Shown in pieces: positions 20,888-30,767 of a stretch of 64,000 nt of DNA (position 1 is its first letter; each line of letters opens with the position of its first letter). The notes under the pieces are model-generated. The model ran no database searches and was not told where the DNA came from. It saw only the letters and a program-made list of their open reading frames with translations. The position numbers and the translations under genes were made by a program. Location: NCBI GenBank assembly GCA_963709345.1, contig CAVPVX010000010.1:173788-237787 (forward strand). Direction: 5' to 3'. The stretch is from an uncultured Actinomycetes bacterium. GTDB lineage: Bacteria; Actinomycetota; Thermoleophilia; UBA2241.

Positions 20888-21124
20888 ATGGGCCAGGTCC
20901 ATCCCTTGCAGACCCCGCAGGCGGGAGACTCCGGCCCGCCGTCCCACGCGCCTGCCATGGTGCGCTCAATCGATAGCGCCCACTGTGCCCTGTGCGGCGC
21001 CAAACTCAGCGCCCGGGCGCTCAGGCATCACCTGATCTCGCCGCAGAGTTGTGAGGCGCCGATCACGGTGTGCCACACGTGTCGCAAGGCGGCGCTCGGC
21101 GAAGGGTACAGGCCGGCCGAGTGA
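20888..21124 (+). CDS. Small zinc-ribbon-like hypothetical protein (78 aa)
   Basis: RBS GGGAGGA, CALC...CHTC pair, followed by a hairpin. Confidence 0.6.
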   Translation: MGQVHPLQTPQAGDSGPPSHAPAMVRSIDSAHCALCGAKLSARALRHHLISPQSCEAPITVCHTCRKAALGEGYRPAE

Positions 21125-21152
21125 AACGAGGCCGGCGCACCCCTTTGCGACC

Positions 21153-21185
21153 GACGGGAGCCCTCGGGCTCCCGTTTGCTACAAT
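21153..21185 (+). terminator. Terminator-like hairpin abutting the extended -10 of the hemE promoter
   Basis: ACGGGAGCCC-TC-GGGCTCCCGT followed by TT, then TGcTACAAT. Confidence 0.5.
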
Positions 21186-21230
21186 CAGCGTCCCAGCTAC
21201 GCCCTCGGACCGACCGACCAGGTGATGCCC

Positions 21231-22256
21231 ATGCGCCTCCTCGATGCCTGCGCACGCAAGCGCGTCGACGCGACTCCCATCTGGCTCATGCGCCAGGCCG
21301 GCCGCTACCTGCCCGAGTACCGCGCCATCCGCGAGAAGATGAGCTTCGTCGAGATGTGCCGCCGGCCGGACATCGCCGCCGAGGTCACGCTTCAGCCGCT
21401 GCATCGCTTCGACCTGGACGCGGCGATCATCTTCGCCGACATCCTGCTGCCGCTCGAGCCCATGGGCATCGGCTTCCACTTCAGCAAGGACGACGGCCCC
21501 GTGATCGAGAAACCCATCCGCGGGGCCAAGGACCTCGAAGGCGTGCACGGCATCGACGCCGCCTCCGATCTGCAGTACGTCATGGACGCGATCCGCCTGG
21601 TGCGCCACGAGCTGGCCGAGGAGACGCCCCTGATCGGCTTCTCCGGCGCGCCCTTCACGCTGGCGAGCTACATCGTGGAGGGCGGTCACTCGCGCAACTA
21701 CGCCCACGTGAAGAAGATGATGTACGCGGATCCGGTGACCTTCTCGCGCCTGATGAGCCTCATCTCAGAGGTCGTCGTCAGCTATCTCAAGGCGCAGATC
21801 GCCGCCGGCGCCCAGGTCGTACAGCTCTTCGATTCCTGGGTCGGCTGGGTGAGCCCCTATGACTACGAGCTGCTCGTGCTGCCGCACGTGCGCTTCGTCG
21901 TCGACCGCATCAAGGGGCTGGGGGCGCCGGTCATCTACTTCGGCAACGGCGCCTCGGCCATGCTCCACCACGTCGCGACGGTCGGCAGTGAAGTGATCGG
22001 CGTCGACTGGCGCATCGAGCTTGACCGCGCCTGGGAGCAGCTCGGCGACGTTGCCGTGCAGGGCAACCTCGACCCGATCACACTCCTCGGCCCACCGAAG
22101 GCCATCGGGGAGCGCGCCACCGACGTGCTGCGCCGCGCCGGCGGGCGCCCGGGCCACATCTTCAACCTCGGGCACGGGCTGATCCCTCAGGTTCCGCCCG
22201 ACAACGTCAAGTACCTCGTCGACGCCGTGCACCGCTTCACGGCCGCCACGATCTGA
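21231..22256 (+). CDS. hemE: Uroporphyrinogen decarboxylase
   Basis: PIWLMRQAGRYLPEY, DAAIIFADIL, LIGFSGAPFT, QLFDSW, QGNLDP, HIFNLGHG. Confidence 0.97.
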   Translation: MRLLDACARKRVDATPIWLMRQAGRYLPEYRAIREKMSFVEMCRRPDIAAEVTLQPLHRFDLDAAIIFADILLPLEPMGIGFHFSKDDGPVIEKPIRGAKDLEGVHGIDAASDLQYVMDAIRLVRHELAEETPLIGFSGAPFTLASYIVEGGHSRNYAHVKKMMYADPVTFSRLMSLISEVVVSYLKAQIAAGAQVVQLFDSWVGWVSPYDYELLVLPHVRFVVDRIKGLGAPVIYFGNGASAMLHHVATVGSEVIGVDWRIELDRAWEQLGDVAVQGNLDPITLLGPPKAIGERATDVLRRAGGRPGHIFNLGHGLIPQVPPDNVKYLVDAVHRFTAATI

Positions 22257-22740
22257 CACCGGCCAAGGGCGCTGGCAGCGGGCGCTGGACTTGCCGAGAT
22301 CGTTCGCCTTGCAGGTGCCGACCTGGGTCCAGCCGTTTCACTTGGTGAACCCGCCGTTCCTCGCCGGCGGACCTGCCGCGGGCCTGCGTCTGCAGACGAT
22401 GACGTTCCTGCTACTGACGGGATCTTCGCCCTCGCGTCACGCGGGGACGACGCCGCTCGGACGAAGGCGGCTGCCCCTGCGCGGCCGGTCTCCTTGCCGG
22501 CGTTCGGCGTGCGGGCCCGGTCAGGCAGCTCCGTGCCCTGGTCCCGTGCTCCGAAGTCCAGGGCGGCGGACGGGATGGTCCTCGGCAGGACGTGCGCGGG
22601 TCCGACCCATGAGAACGCTGCGTTCGAGGCGACGTTGTCGCGTGGCGCCTTTGCTAGAATGAGTCACCCGATGGAGGCCCGAACATGCGCCTGTCCGAGT
22701 GCCGCACGCTGCGACTGCGTCTCTCGCTGGAGGAAAAGCC

Positions 22741-23724
22741 ATGACTGCGAGCCGCAGCGGAGCACCACCGAGCCTGGTCGACGTCGCCCTGCTCGCTTAC
22801 GGCGGGCCGGAGACGCCCGAGCAGATCGTGCCGTTCCTCGGACGCCTGATGGGCCGCGAACCCGACGCCGGGACGGTCGCCGCCGTGCAGGAGCGCTACG
22901 CGCTCATCGGCGGCGCCTCGCCGCTCCCGGCGATCACGGCGCGGCAGGCGGTCGCCCTGCAGGCGAAGCTCATTCAGGAGCTCGCCTTCCCGCTGCGGGT
23001 GCGCCACGGCTTTCTCTACACCGAGCCGACGGTCGCCGACTGCGTGGGGGGGCTCGACGCGCACGAGGTGATCGCCGTGCCGCTCAGCCCCTTTGCCTCA
23101 TGTCTCACGACCGAGAAGTACCGGGCGCAGATAGCGGCCGCGGAGGCTGCCGCCGGCGGCCGCGAGATCCCCCTGCTCGAGGGTTGGTACACGAGCCGCG
23201 GCTTCGTGCAGGCCGTCAGTCGCCGCGCCGCGGCCGCGCTCGACGGCTCCGACGCCAACGAGTGGGCCGTCCTCTTCACGGCGCACAACGTGCCGGCGGA
23301 GACGATCGCTCAGGGCGATCCCTACGCCGAGCAGCTGCAGCACACGATCGCCCAGCTCGTGCCCGCGATCATGCCCGGCGACTGGCGCTTCGCCTATCAG
23401 AGCAAGGGGCGCGGCGGCGGGGAGTGGCTCGAGCCCGAGGTCGACGACACGGTCAGAAGGCTCGCCGAAGACGGCTGGAAGAAGATCCTCGTGATCCCCG
23501 TCGGCTTCGTCAGCGACAACGTCGAGACCCTGTACGACCTTGACATCGTGCTGCGCGAGCAGATCGAGAGTCTGGGCATGGAGTACCGCCGCTCCGCGGC
23601 TCCCAACGACTCGCCCGTGTTCATCAAGGCGCTCGCCGACGTCGTTACCGACTACCTGGCGCGCCGCCCCGTCGAGCACGCCCTGCGCCGGCCGGATGGG
23701 CCGCACGACCACGGCGGGGCGTGA
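22741..23724 (+). CDS. hemH: Ferrochelatase (coproporphyrin ferrochelatase type)
   Basis: LLAYGGP, Y..IGG.SPL, LFTAH..P, GDPY, YQS, WLEP, FVSDNVETLYDLD; RBS GGAGGA. The usual H in DHxE is N here. Confidence 0.92.
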   Translation: MTASRSGAPPSLVDVALLAYGGPETPEQIVPFLGRLMGREPDAGTVAAVQERYALIGGASPLPAITARQAVALQAKLIQELAFPLRVRHGFLYTEPTVADCVGGLDAHEVIAVPLSPFASCLTTEKYRAQIAAAEAAAGGREIPLLEGWYTSRGFVQAVSRRAAAALDGSDANEWAVLFTAHNVPAETIAQGDPYAEQLQHTIAQLVPAIMPGDWRFAYQSKGRGGGEWLEPEVDDTVRRLAEDGWKKILVIPVGFVSDNVETLYDLDIVLREQIESLGMEYRRSAAPNDSPVFIKALADVVTDYLARRPVEHALRRPDGPHDHGGA

Positions 23725-25304
23725 CCCCGATGGCTGAGGCGCCCGGCGCACGTCCCTCCCTGCGCGTCGCCGTGATCGGCGGCGGCATGGCCGGCCTCGG
23801 CGCGGCGCGCGTGCTCGAGCAGGCGCGCGCGCAGGACCCCGCCGTCGACTGGCAGCTCTATGAGGAGGAGCCGCGCTTCGGCGGCAAGGTGCACACCGTG
23901 CGCCGCGACGGCTTCGTGGTCGAGGGTGGACCCGACTCGGCGATCATCGAGAAGCACTGGCCGATCACGCTGGCTCGTGAGCTGGGTATCGGCGACCACT
24001 TTCAGGATTCCAACGAGGACATCCGCAAGAGCTACGTGTACACGCGGGGGCGGCTGCACGAGCTGCCCGAGGGCATCATCCTCATGGTGCCGACGCGCAT
24101 GGTGCCCTTTGCGCTCAGCGGACTGATCAGCTGGCCCGGCAAGGTCCGCATGGGCCTCGACCTTCTGCTGCCTCGGGGTGGGGCGGCGACGGGCGGCCCC
24201 GTCAACGCCGTCGGCTCGGCCATGGACGAGAGCCTCGCCGACTTCGTGCGGCGGCGCCTCGGCAAGGAGGCGCTGGCGCGCATCGCCGAGCCGATCGTCG
24301 CCGGCATCCACGCCGGCGACCCCGAGCACATGAGCGTGCGTGCGACCTTCCCGATGTTCCTCGAGATGGAGCAGCAGAACCGCAGCCTGATCCTGGCGAT
24401 GGCGAGGCGTCGCAAGGCGCGGCAGAAGGCGGCCGAGGGCGCCGCCGCCCGCCCGCGCCCCGCGGGTCGCCCGCGCTCCTACTTCTACTCGTTCAAGGGT
24501 GGGCTGCAAGATCTGAGCGACGCCGCCGTTGCGTCGCTGCCCGCGGAGCGGCTGCACGCCGCCGTCGCCGTCGAGACGCTGGCGCCGCGTGCCGGCGGCG
24601 CCTCCGGCTCCGGAGGCGGGTACGAGCTGGGGCTCGCCGACGGCTCGCGAGTGGTCGCCGACGCCGTGGTGCTGGCGACGCCGGCGTGGGCGAGTGGCGA
24701 CCTGCTGCGCACGGCCGCGCCGCACGCCGCGGCGGACCTCTCGTCGATTGACTACGTGAGCACCGCCACAGCGTCGATCGCCTTCCGTGCCGACCAGGTG
24801 GGGCACGACCTCAAGGGCTTCGGCTTTGTCGTGCCTCGCTCCGAGGACCGGCCGGTGATGGCGACGACGTGGAGCTCGAGCAAGTTCCCCGGGCGCGCCC
24901 CCGACGGCCACGTGCTGCTGCGCAGCTTCCTGGGCCGGGCCGGGCGCGAGGCCGCCGCCCAGCTGGACGACGACGAGATGGCGAAGGTGGTGCGCGCGGA
25001 GCTGGCCGACATCATGGGCATCTCGGCCGAGCCCGAGTTCGTCCAGGTCTTCCGCTGGCCGCGCGGCATGCCGCAGTACCGCGTCGGTCACGTCGATCTG
25101 GTGGCCGGCATCGAGGCCGCCGTCGCGCGGGTGCCGGGCATCGAACTCGCCGGCGGCGCGTACCACGGCATCGGCATCGGCGACTGCCTGCGCGAGGGCG
25201 CGGCCGCGGCCGAGCGCGCCCTCGAGCACGTCCGCGGTCTGCCTGAAGACGACGTGCCGCCGCAGCCGCGCGACCTTCCGGCCGCCGACGGCATCGTTGA
25301 ATGA
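23721..25304 (+). CDS. hemG: Protoporphyrinogen/coproporphyrinogen oxidase (HemY/CgoX type)
   Basis: IGGGMAGL, GGK..T, EGGPDS, EPIVAGIHAGD, GFGF, SSKFP.RAP, RW..GMPQY.VGH, GIG.GDC. Confidence 0.93.
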   Translation: MTPMAEAPGARPSLRVAVIGGGMAGLGAARVLEQARAQDPAVDWQLYEEEPRFGGKVHTVRRDGFVVEGGPDSAIIEKHWPITLARELGIGDHFQDSNEDIRKSYVYTRGRLHELPEGIILMVPTRMVPFALSGLISWPGKVRMGLDLLLPRGGAATGGPVNAVGSAMDESLADFVRRRLGKEALARIAEPIVAGIHAGDPEHMSVRATFPMFLEMEQQNRSLILAMARRRKARQKAAEGAAARPRPAGRPRSYFYSFKGGLQDLSDAAVASLPAERLHAAVAVETLAPRAGGASGSGGGYELGLADGSRVVADAVVLATPAWASGDLLRTAAPHAAADLSSIDYVSTATASIAFRADQVGHDLKGFGFVVPRSEDRPVMATTWSSSKFPGRAPDGHVLLRSFLGRAGREAAAQLDDDEMAKVVRAELADIMGISAEPEFVQVFRWPRGMPQYRVGHVDLVAGIEAAVARVPGIELAGGAYHGIGIGDCLREGAAAAERALEHVRGLPEDDVPPQPRDLPAADGIVE

Positions 25305-25493
25305 CCTTCGCGGGGGACCGACGACACACCACCCCTCGTCGCAAATAGAGATCGTGGTCCGGAGAGCAGCGACGGCGAGCGGATCTCTCGCGTTCCGCCG
25401 GACCGCAGGGATTGCATCGTCGACGGGCAATCCCACACGTGGGCCGGTCCTTCAGACCGGGAAGAGACGACGCGCTCGCTCCGAGGAGGCACA

Positions 25494-25697
25494 ATGGAAA
25501 CCTGGATACTGGTCCCGACCATCTGGTTCATCGTCTGGGTCGTCTGCCTGTGGCTCGTCTGGCGGATGGTCGACCGCAAGGACCTGAACCGCGCCCTCTG
25601 GATCATCCTCTGCATCTTCTTCCCGGTGATCATCCTCATCGTGGTCGCGCTGCTGCCGGTGAAGCAGCGCCCGGAGCCGCCGGAGATGCTGCAGTAG
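25494..25697 (+). CDS. Small two-TM membrane protein (PLD-nuclease N-terminal-like)
   Basis: RBS GAGGAGG; two hydrophobic helices with W....FFP; normal codon bias. Confidence 0.65.
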   Translation: METWILVPTIWFIVWVVCLWLVWRMVDRKDLNRALWIILCIFFPVIILIVVALLPVKQRPEPPEMLQ

Positions 25698-25722
25698 CAG
25701 ACCGCGCGCGCCGCCGGCCGGG

Positions 25723-26163
25723 TCAGTACTTGCCGAGCAGCTTCCAGATCCAGCGGTGCGGCGCGTGCATGCTGAAGCCGGGCACGTTGTACATGACGGC
25801 GCAGTGCCCGGTGATGACCGTGAGCCCGCGCTGCTCGGCTTCGGCGAGCGCCTCGGGCGTGTCGGTCATCTGGTGGATCCAGATCTGCTCGACGCCGGCG
25901 TCGGCGGCCTTGGCCACCCAGGCCGCCGTCTCCTCCTTGGGGAGCTCGAGCACGGCCGCGGCGACGGGGGCCGGGAGCGAGGCGAAGTCGGGGTAGGCCT
26001 TGTCACCCTCGATCGTGGCGCTACCCGGGTCGATCGGATACACGGTCTTGCCCTGTTCCTTGAGCGCCCCGTAGGCGATCTTCGGGAACGCTCTCTTGCT
26101 GCCCTCGTGGCCGACGATCGCGTAGCTGTCGCTCTCCCAGAAGCGTTCGCACTCAGATGGCAT
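25723..26163 (-). CDS. CoA-binding protein (YccU-like, CoA_binding_2)
   Basis: YAIVG, VYPIDP, I.G..AYP, IWIHQ, GHCAVM. Confidence 0.85.
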   Translation of the reverse strand: MPSECERFWESDSYAIVGHEGSKRAFPKIAYGALKEQGKTVYPIDPGSATIEGDKAYPDFASLPAPVAAAVLELPKEETAAWVAKAADAGVEQIWIHQMTDTPEALAEAEQRGLTVITGHCAVMYNVPGFSMHAPHRWIWKLLGKY

Positions 26164-27222
26164 CTTCTTCCTCCTGCGCGTGGTGTTCGGGGGCGGGCGG
26201 CGCAGCGGCCCCCGCTCCTTGCTTGCTCTCGGCTCGGCTCTCGGCTTCGTTCTCGGCGTAACACTGCCCCGGGGCGACGACCTCGGGGTGGCGCCCGGCG
26301 GCGCGCAGCGCCGCCCTGACCTCGTAGCATAGATGGCATTCGTCAGCGTAGTGTGAGCGCCGCGGCGTGTGGCCGACGGCCTGGGCGAGCGCCCACGGGC
26401 CCCCGGCGAGGATCTCGCGGATCACGCGGCCGGGCGGAGTGGGTCGTAGGCGTCGAGGACGCGCCGCAGGCCGTCTGGGCACGGCGCCGGACGGCCGTCG
26501 CCCGGAGCGCCGGGTGTGCCCTGCGCCGGCCACGGCCCGTCGCCTCCGGCGAAGACGTTGCCGGCGCTGACGCCCTGGCAGATCTGCAGCTCGCCGTCCG
26601 GGCCGACGTGAGCGCGGCCCGGATCGGTGAAGTCCTCGAAGGGGCAGGTGGTGAGCGTCTCGGGCGGCCGGGTCGCTCGCTCGGGAGCGAGCGCGACTGC
26701 CGCCCGGCCCTTGTACATCACCGCGCCGACGTCGCCGGAGCAGGCGCCGGGCACGCCGATGTCCGCCGGCGCCCCCACCTCGAGCACGCTCACGGGGATG
26801 CCGAGCGCCTGCGCCGCCAGCACCGCGTTGCGCAGGTGCTCCTCGTTCGCGTCTTCGACGAAGTAGGCGTAAGACGACAGCGAGAGGTCGGAGATGCCGA
26901 GCTCGGCGAAGGGCGCGAGCCACACCTTGGCGTCGGCGACGGTGGTCGCCCAGAAGCAGTTACTGACGATGCCGACATCGAGACCGCGCTCGCGGGCGTG
27001 CTGCGCCGCCGCGAGCACGATCGGGTACGCCAGGGTGGGCTCGCCGCCCTCGAAGTACACGTCGGTGAGCCCCAGCTCGGCGCCCTGGTCGATGACGCTC
27101 GTGAGTTGCGCGAGCGTCATCGTGCCCTCGGCGTCCGGCGACCCCCACACGAAGCAGTGGTCGCACGCGTAGGTGCAGCGGTACGTGACCAGGAAGTGGA
27201 TGCTTTCGAGACAGACGGGCAT
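26153..27222 (-). CDS. Radical SAM protein, split by a frameshift near 26440
   Basis: CTYACDHC, GGEP; the C-terminus (GGP..LA, YADECHLCYEVR, P.QCY) lies in the adjacent frame ending at 26153; TAGACT-6nt-ATG. Confidence 0.8.
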
Positions 27223-27308
27223 GGGCTCAGTCTACGCTCGCAGCCCCAAGGTGCGAAGTCGCCGTTGGCCGGACCGGCGCGGCCGGCTGCGTGGCCGGAG
27301 CGGCCGCG

Positions 27309-28007
27309 TCAGAGCCGCGAGCGGAAGACCTTGACCTCGGCGGCGTACCAGTCGCCGGCGGCGTTCTTCTGGCCCGTGTAGTCCTTGAAGAAGCGCGACT
27401 TGTTGGCGGTCGCGTGGCCGACGACGTCGGTGGTCCTGATGCCGAAGCGCGCCTTGAGGTAGCGCACGAGCTTGAGCCCGGCGCGGATCTGCTTGTCGCG
27501 GTTCAGGATCTGCCGGTCCATCCAGTGGCCGTCCTTGCCGGACCGCGTCTCCTGCACGAACTCGATGCCTATCGACGTCCAGTTCATGCCCACGCAGTGG
27601 CGGCCGCGCAGGTTCAGCGGCATGCACTGGTAGATGGCGCCGCCCTTGCCGATGATGAAGTGCGCCGACACGCCGGGCTTCTCGCCGCCGTAAGCGGTGT
27701 TGGCGTTGAAGGTGTTCCAGGCGCTCTGCCAGTAGGCGCCGGCGGTGTGGTGCAACACCACGGCCTTGGGCTTCGTGAGCTTGTAGGTGTTCTGGTGGTA
27801 GCGGCGCTTGCTGTACTTCGCCGCCTGCGCCTTGCGCGTGTCGCCGAAGCGGATGTACTTCTTGACGATCTTCGGCCGGAGGCTCGCCGCGTCGGCCGCG
27901 CCGGCGGCCGCGGGGGTGAGGGCGGCGAAGGTCGCTGCGCCGAGGAGCAGCGCCGAGAGAGCCACGAGGATCGCGGTGGGCTTCGTCGTGGGCGTGCGTA
28001 ATCTCAT
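27309..28007 (-). CDS. Secreted N-acetylmuramoyl-L-alanine amidase (Amidase_2)
   Basis: Signal peptide, VVLHHTA, SAHFII, H..G.N..SIGIE, VVGH; TATACT-6nt-ATG. Confidence 0.88.
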   Translation of the reverse strand: MRLRTPTTKPTAILVALSALLLGAATFAALTPAAAGAADAASLRPKIVKKYIRFGDTRKAQAAKYSKRRYHQNTYKLTKPKAVVLHHTAGAYWQSAWNTFNANTAYGGEKPGVSAHFIIGKGGAIYQCMPLNLRGRHCVGMNWTSIGIEFVQETRSGKDGHWMDRQILNRDKQIRAGLKLVRYLKARFGIRTTDVVGHATANKSRFFKDYTGQKNAAGDWYAAEVKVFRSRL

Positions 28008-28238
28008 GCAGTCAGTATACGACGAAGAGGGCGAGCGGCCTCCGATCGGCCGGCAGGCTCCGACAGGCCGCATTCGGCGGTCCGCTTGCGTTCGCGGTCT
28101 TCCGTCACTCACCTGGACTACGATTCACGGTCCCACCAGTCCGTGTCCGTCCTTCGAGAGACCCGGCGATGGGGGCGGTCACGGGTCCCGGCGCCGGCGC
28201 CGCCATCCCCTGGACTGCGCGAGGAGGAGGGACGAGAG

Positions 28239-30028
28239 ATGGATTCCCCGGAGCGGCTGGCGGAAGCGGCGTGGATCCACAAACTGGGGCCCGAGGCGGA
28301 GACGCTGTTCACGAGGGGGAGCGAGCCCGAGCCGTACGTCCGCAGCGGCGTCGTCGACCCTGTCGTCACCCTGCTGCGGCGCGGGCAGAGCGTGGCTCTC
28401 GTCGGTCCTGTCGGGGTCGGGCAAGCGCTCCCTGGCGCTGTCGCTGCGCCGCTCGGAGGCGTGGAGCGACGAGGTCCAGCCCACGCTCTCCTTCGACGTC
28501 GCCGATCGCCGCATCCGCACTCGTGGCCGGTGTACTGCACGACCACGCAGGCACTGGATCGCCGGGTCGTTCTACGTCGGCAATCTCGAGAACCGCAGTC
28601 GACATGATGCTCCGCCGCGTCAAGAAGCCGGCCGTCGTCGTCTTCGAGTCGGTGCACACGGCGATCGGCGCCTGGCAGGGACGCGGAGACCGGCTCGACC
28701 TCGTCGACCTGCTCGTCGCCGTGGTCACCCACCCCCGTCTGCGCATGGTGGTCACGACGACGCCGGACGGCTGGGCGCAGCTCGCGCGAGCGCAAGCCCG
28801 ACTTCGCGGCGCAGTTCACGGTGGTGGAGACGCCTGCGCCGAGCGTGGCCGAGTCACGGACGATCGCCGCGCAGGATCTGGCGCGCCGCGGCGTCGACGC
28901 GCCCGCGACCGCACTGGCTGTCGACGAGGCCTTCGCCCTCGCAGGCCGCCACTTCCCGGCGGAGCCCTCTCTCGGACCGGCGCTCAGCTTGCTGCGCGGC
29001 GCGCTCGCCGGGCCGGGCGGCGTCGGTCTCGGCGACATCCGCGCGGCCTGCGCCGCGCAGCTCGGCCTGAAGAGGTGCTGGGTCGGCAGGGACGTGGTTC
29101 CGGGTTCGGCGGACGGTCCTCGCCCGTCTGGAGGAGACGGTGCTGGGGCAGCGCGACGCCTGTGCGGCCGTCGTCGACGACCTGACTGCCGCCGTGTACG
29201 GCCTCGCGTCGCCGGGCCGGCCGCGCTCCTACGTCTTCGCCGGGCCTCCCGGCATCGGCAAGACCAGCCTGGCCTGCGCTCTGCAGCGGGTGCTCGGCGG
29301 CTCGGACAGCGAGCCGCTCCGCTTCGACTGCACCGAGCTCGTCGCTCCCAGCGACGCCTTGCGTCTGCTCTCCACCGACGAGCCCGACTCGCTGGTGGTC
29401 GGGCTGGTGGAGCGTCCCGGCGCCGTGGTCCTCTTCGACGAGGTCGACCGCGCCCACCCGTTCGTCCGGGGCCTGCTGTACCAGCTCCTGGAGGGCCGCA
29501 TCACGACGCGCGAGGGCACCCTCGTCTCGAGCGCCAACGCGACCGTGATCATGACCACCAACGCCGGCGACGGGGCCTGGATGCGGACCGGCCGGGAGGC
29601 GGGCGAGACGGGGACGCCGGGTGGAAGAGCAGGCGCGGGCGGCTACGCTGCGCGCCTGCGCCGAGGTGCTCGGCGACGCCATCACCTCGCGCATCACGCG
29701 GCTCCTCGTCTTCCCGCCGCTCGGCGACTCGGCCGGCCGCTCCATCGTCGAGCTGGAGCTCGAGCGCTTCGTCGGGCGGCCGGACCTCAGGGAGCGCGGC
29801 GTCACGGTGAGCGCCACGCCACGCCTCGTCGACGCGCTGGCTCACAGCGGCCTCAGCGGCCGGAGCGGGGCGCGCGGCGTGCAGAAGGCCGTCTACATCG
29901 CCGTCGCGATCCCCGTGGCGCGGCTGATCAACGAGCAAGACGTGCGCCGTAGCCGGCTGGTGGTGGACGCGATGACGGCCGGCGAGGAGCTCGAGGGGGT
30001 GCGTATCGAGATCGAGCGGTGGAACTGA
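28239..30028 (+). pseudogene. ClpA/ClpB-like double-AAA+ ATPase, multiply frameshifted
   Basis: GP.GSGK first Walker A, R.FP motif, LGQ, GPPGIGKT, FDCTE, VLFDEVDRAHP, IMTTN, GAR; pieces are spread over several frames. Confidence 0.7.
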
Positions 30029-30199
30029 GGCGGAGGCGCGTCGCAGCGCAACGTCCACCTCCGCAAGCGGCGAACGGCGCCCGGTAGCGGAGCTCTTGGC
30101 GCAGCGCCTGCCGTCGCGTGGCCGCATGCTGACCGCATGGACGCGGAGCCCGCCTCACGGCCCCCGGGTATACTCGAAGCGTCGATATCGGGGGCTCAC

Positions 30200-30424
30200 A
30201 TGACCAGCATCAAGGTGATCGTCGAGAAGCACGAGGACGGCTACGTCGCCTACCCGCTCGGCCTTGGCGGTGTGGTCATCGGGCAGGGAGACAGCTACGA
30301 AGCGGCGCTTGCCGACGTGCGCTTGGCGATCGAATTTCACATCGAGACGTTCGGCGCTGAGGCCCTGACGGCGGAATCACCTGTGCTCGAGGCGTTCGTC
30401 GCCGAGGCGACCATCGCTGGATGA
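30200..30424 (+). CDS. hicB: HicB-like antitoxin (short, no DNA-binding domain)
   Basis: VIVEKHEDGYVAYP.GL.G...QGDSYEAALADV..AI.FH; TATACT upstream. Confidence 0.85.
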   Translation: MTSIKVIVEKHEDGYVAYPLGLGGVVIGQGDSYEAALADVRLAIEFHIETFGAEALTAESPVLEAFVAEATIAG

Positions 30425-30666
30425 CCGGCAGGTTCCCCGTCGTCGCGCCGCGAGCCAGGGTCCTTGCCGCCCTGCGGGCACTCGGCTTTCGTGTCGTGAG
30501 ACAGGGCGATCACGTCGCCATGATCCGTGAGAACGCCGACGGCACCCGCACTCCGCTCACCCTCCCCGCGCACTCCACGATCAAGAGCTCCACTCTACGC
30601 ACGATCTGCACGCAGGCGAGGATCCCCCGCGAGGAGTTCGTGACCGCATACCGCCGCTCGAAGTGA
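30421..30666 (+). CDS. hicA: HicA-family mRNA interferase toxin
   Basis: L..LGF...RQGDH, TLP.H..IK.STL..I..QA.I.REEF; ATGA overlap with hicB. Confidence 0.85.
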   Translation: MTGRFPVVAPRARVLAALRALGFRVVRQGDHVAMIRENADGTRTPLTLPAHSTIKSSTLRTICTQARIPREEFVTAYRRSK

Positions 30667-30767
30667 CGTGACCGGAAGCATCGTGACCGACGGCAGGACC
30701 GGCCGCCGGGATGAGCCGTGAGAGCTGGCACGGCCAGTCTGACCCGCCCTCGTCAGCGCCCGTCGGC

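Noticed and set aside
22260-22650. Minus-strand coding-like trace between hemE and hemH (VIVCRR..GWTQVGTCKANDLG)
   Set aside because: Contains a stop, has no start, and is too short and degraded to assign; at most a gene remnant
25408-25460. Two hairpins (GGGATTGC..GCAATCCC and CCGGTC..GACCGG) upstream of the small membrane gene
   Set aside because: No match to any riboswitch consensus I recognise; may be a terminator or chance structure
26422-26424. UGA ending the radical SAM ORF as possible selenocysteine
   Set aside because: The conserved C-terminus continues in a different frame, so this is a frameshift rather than recoding
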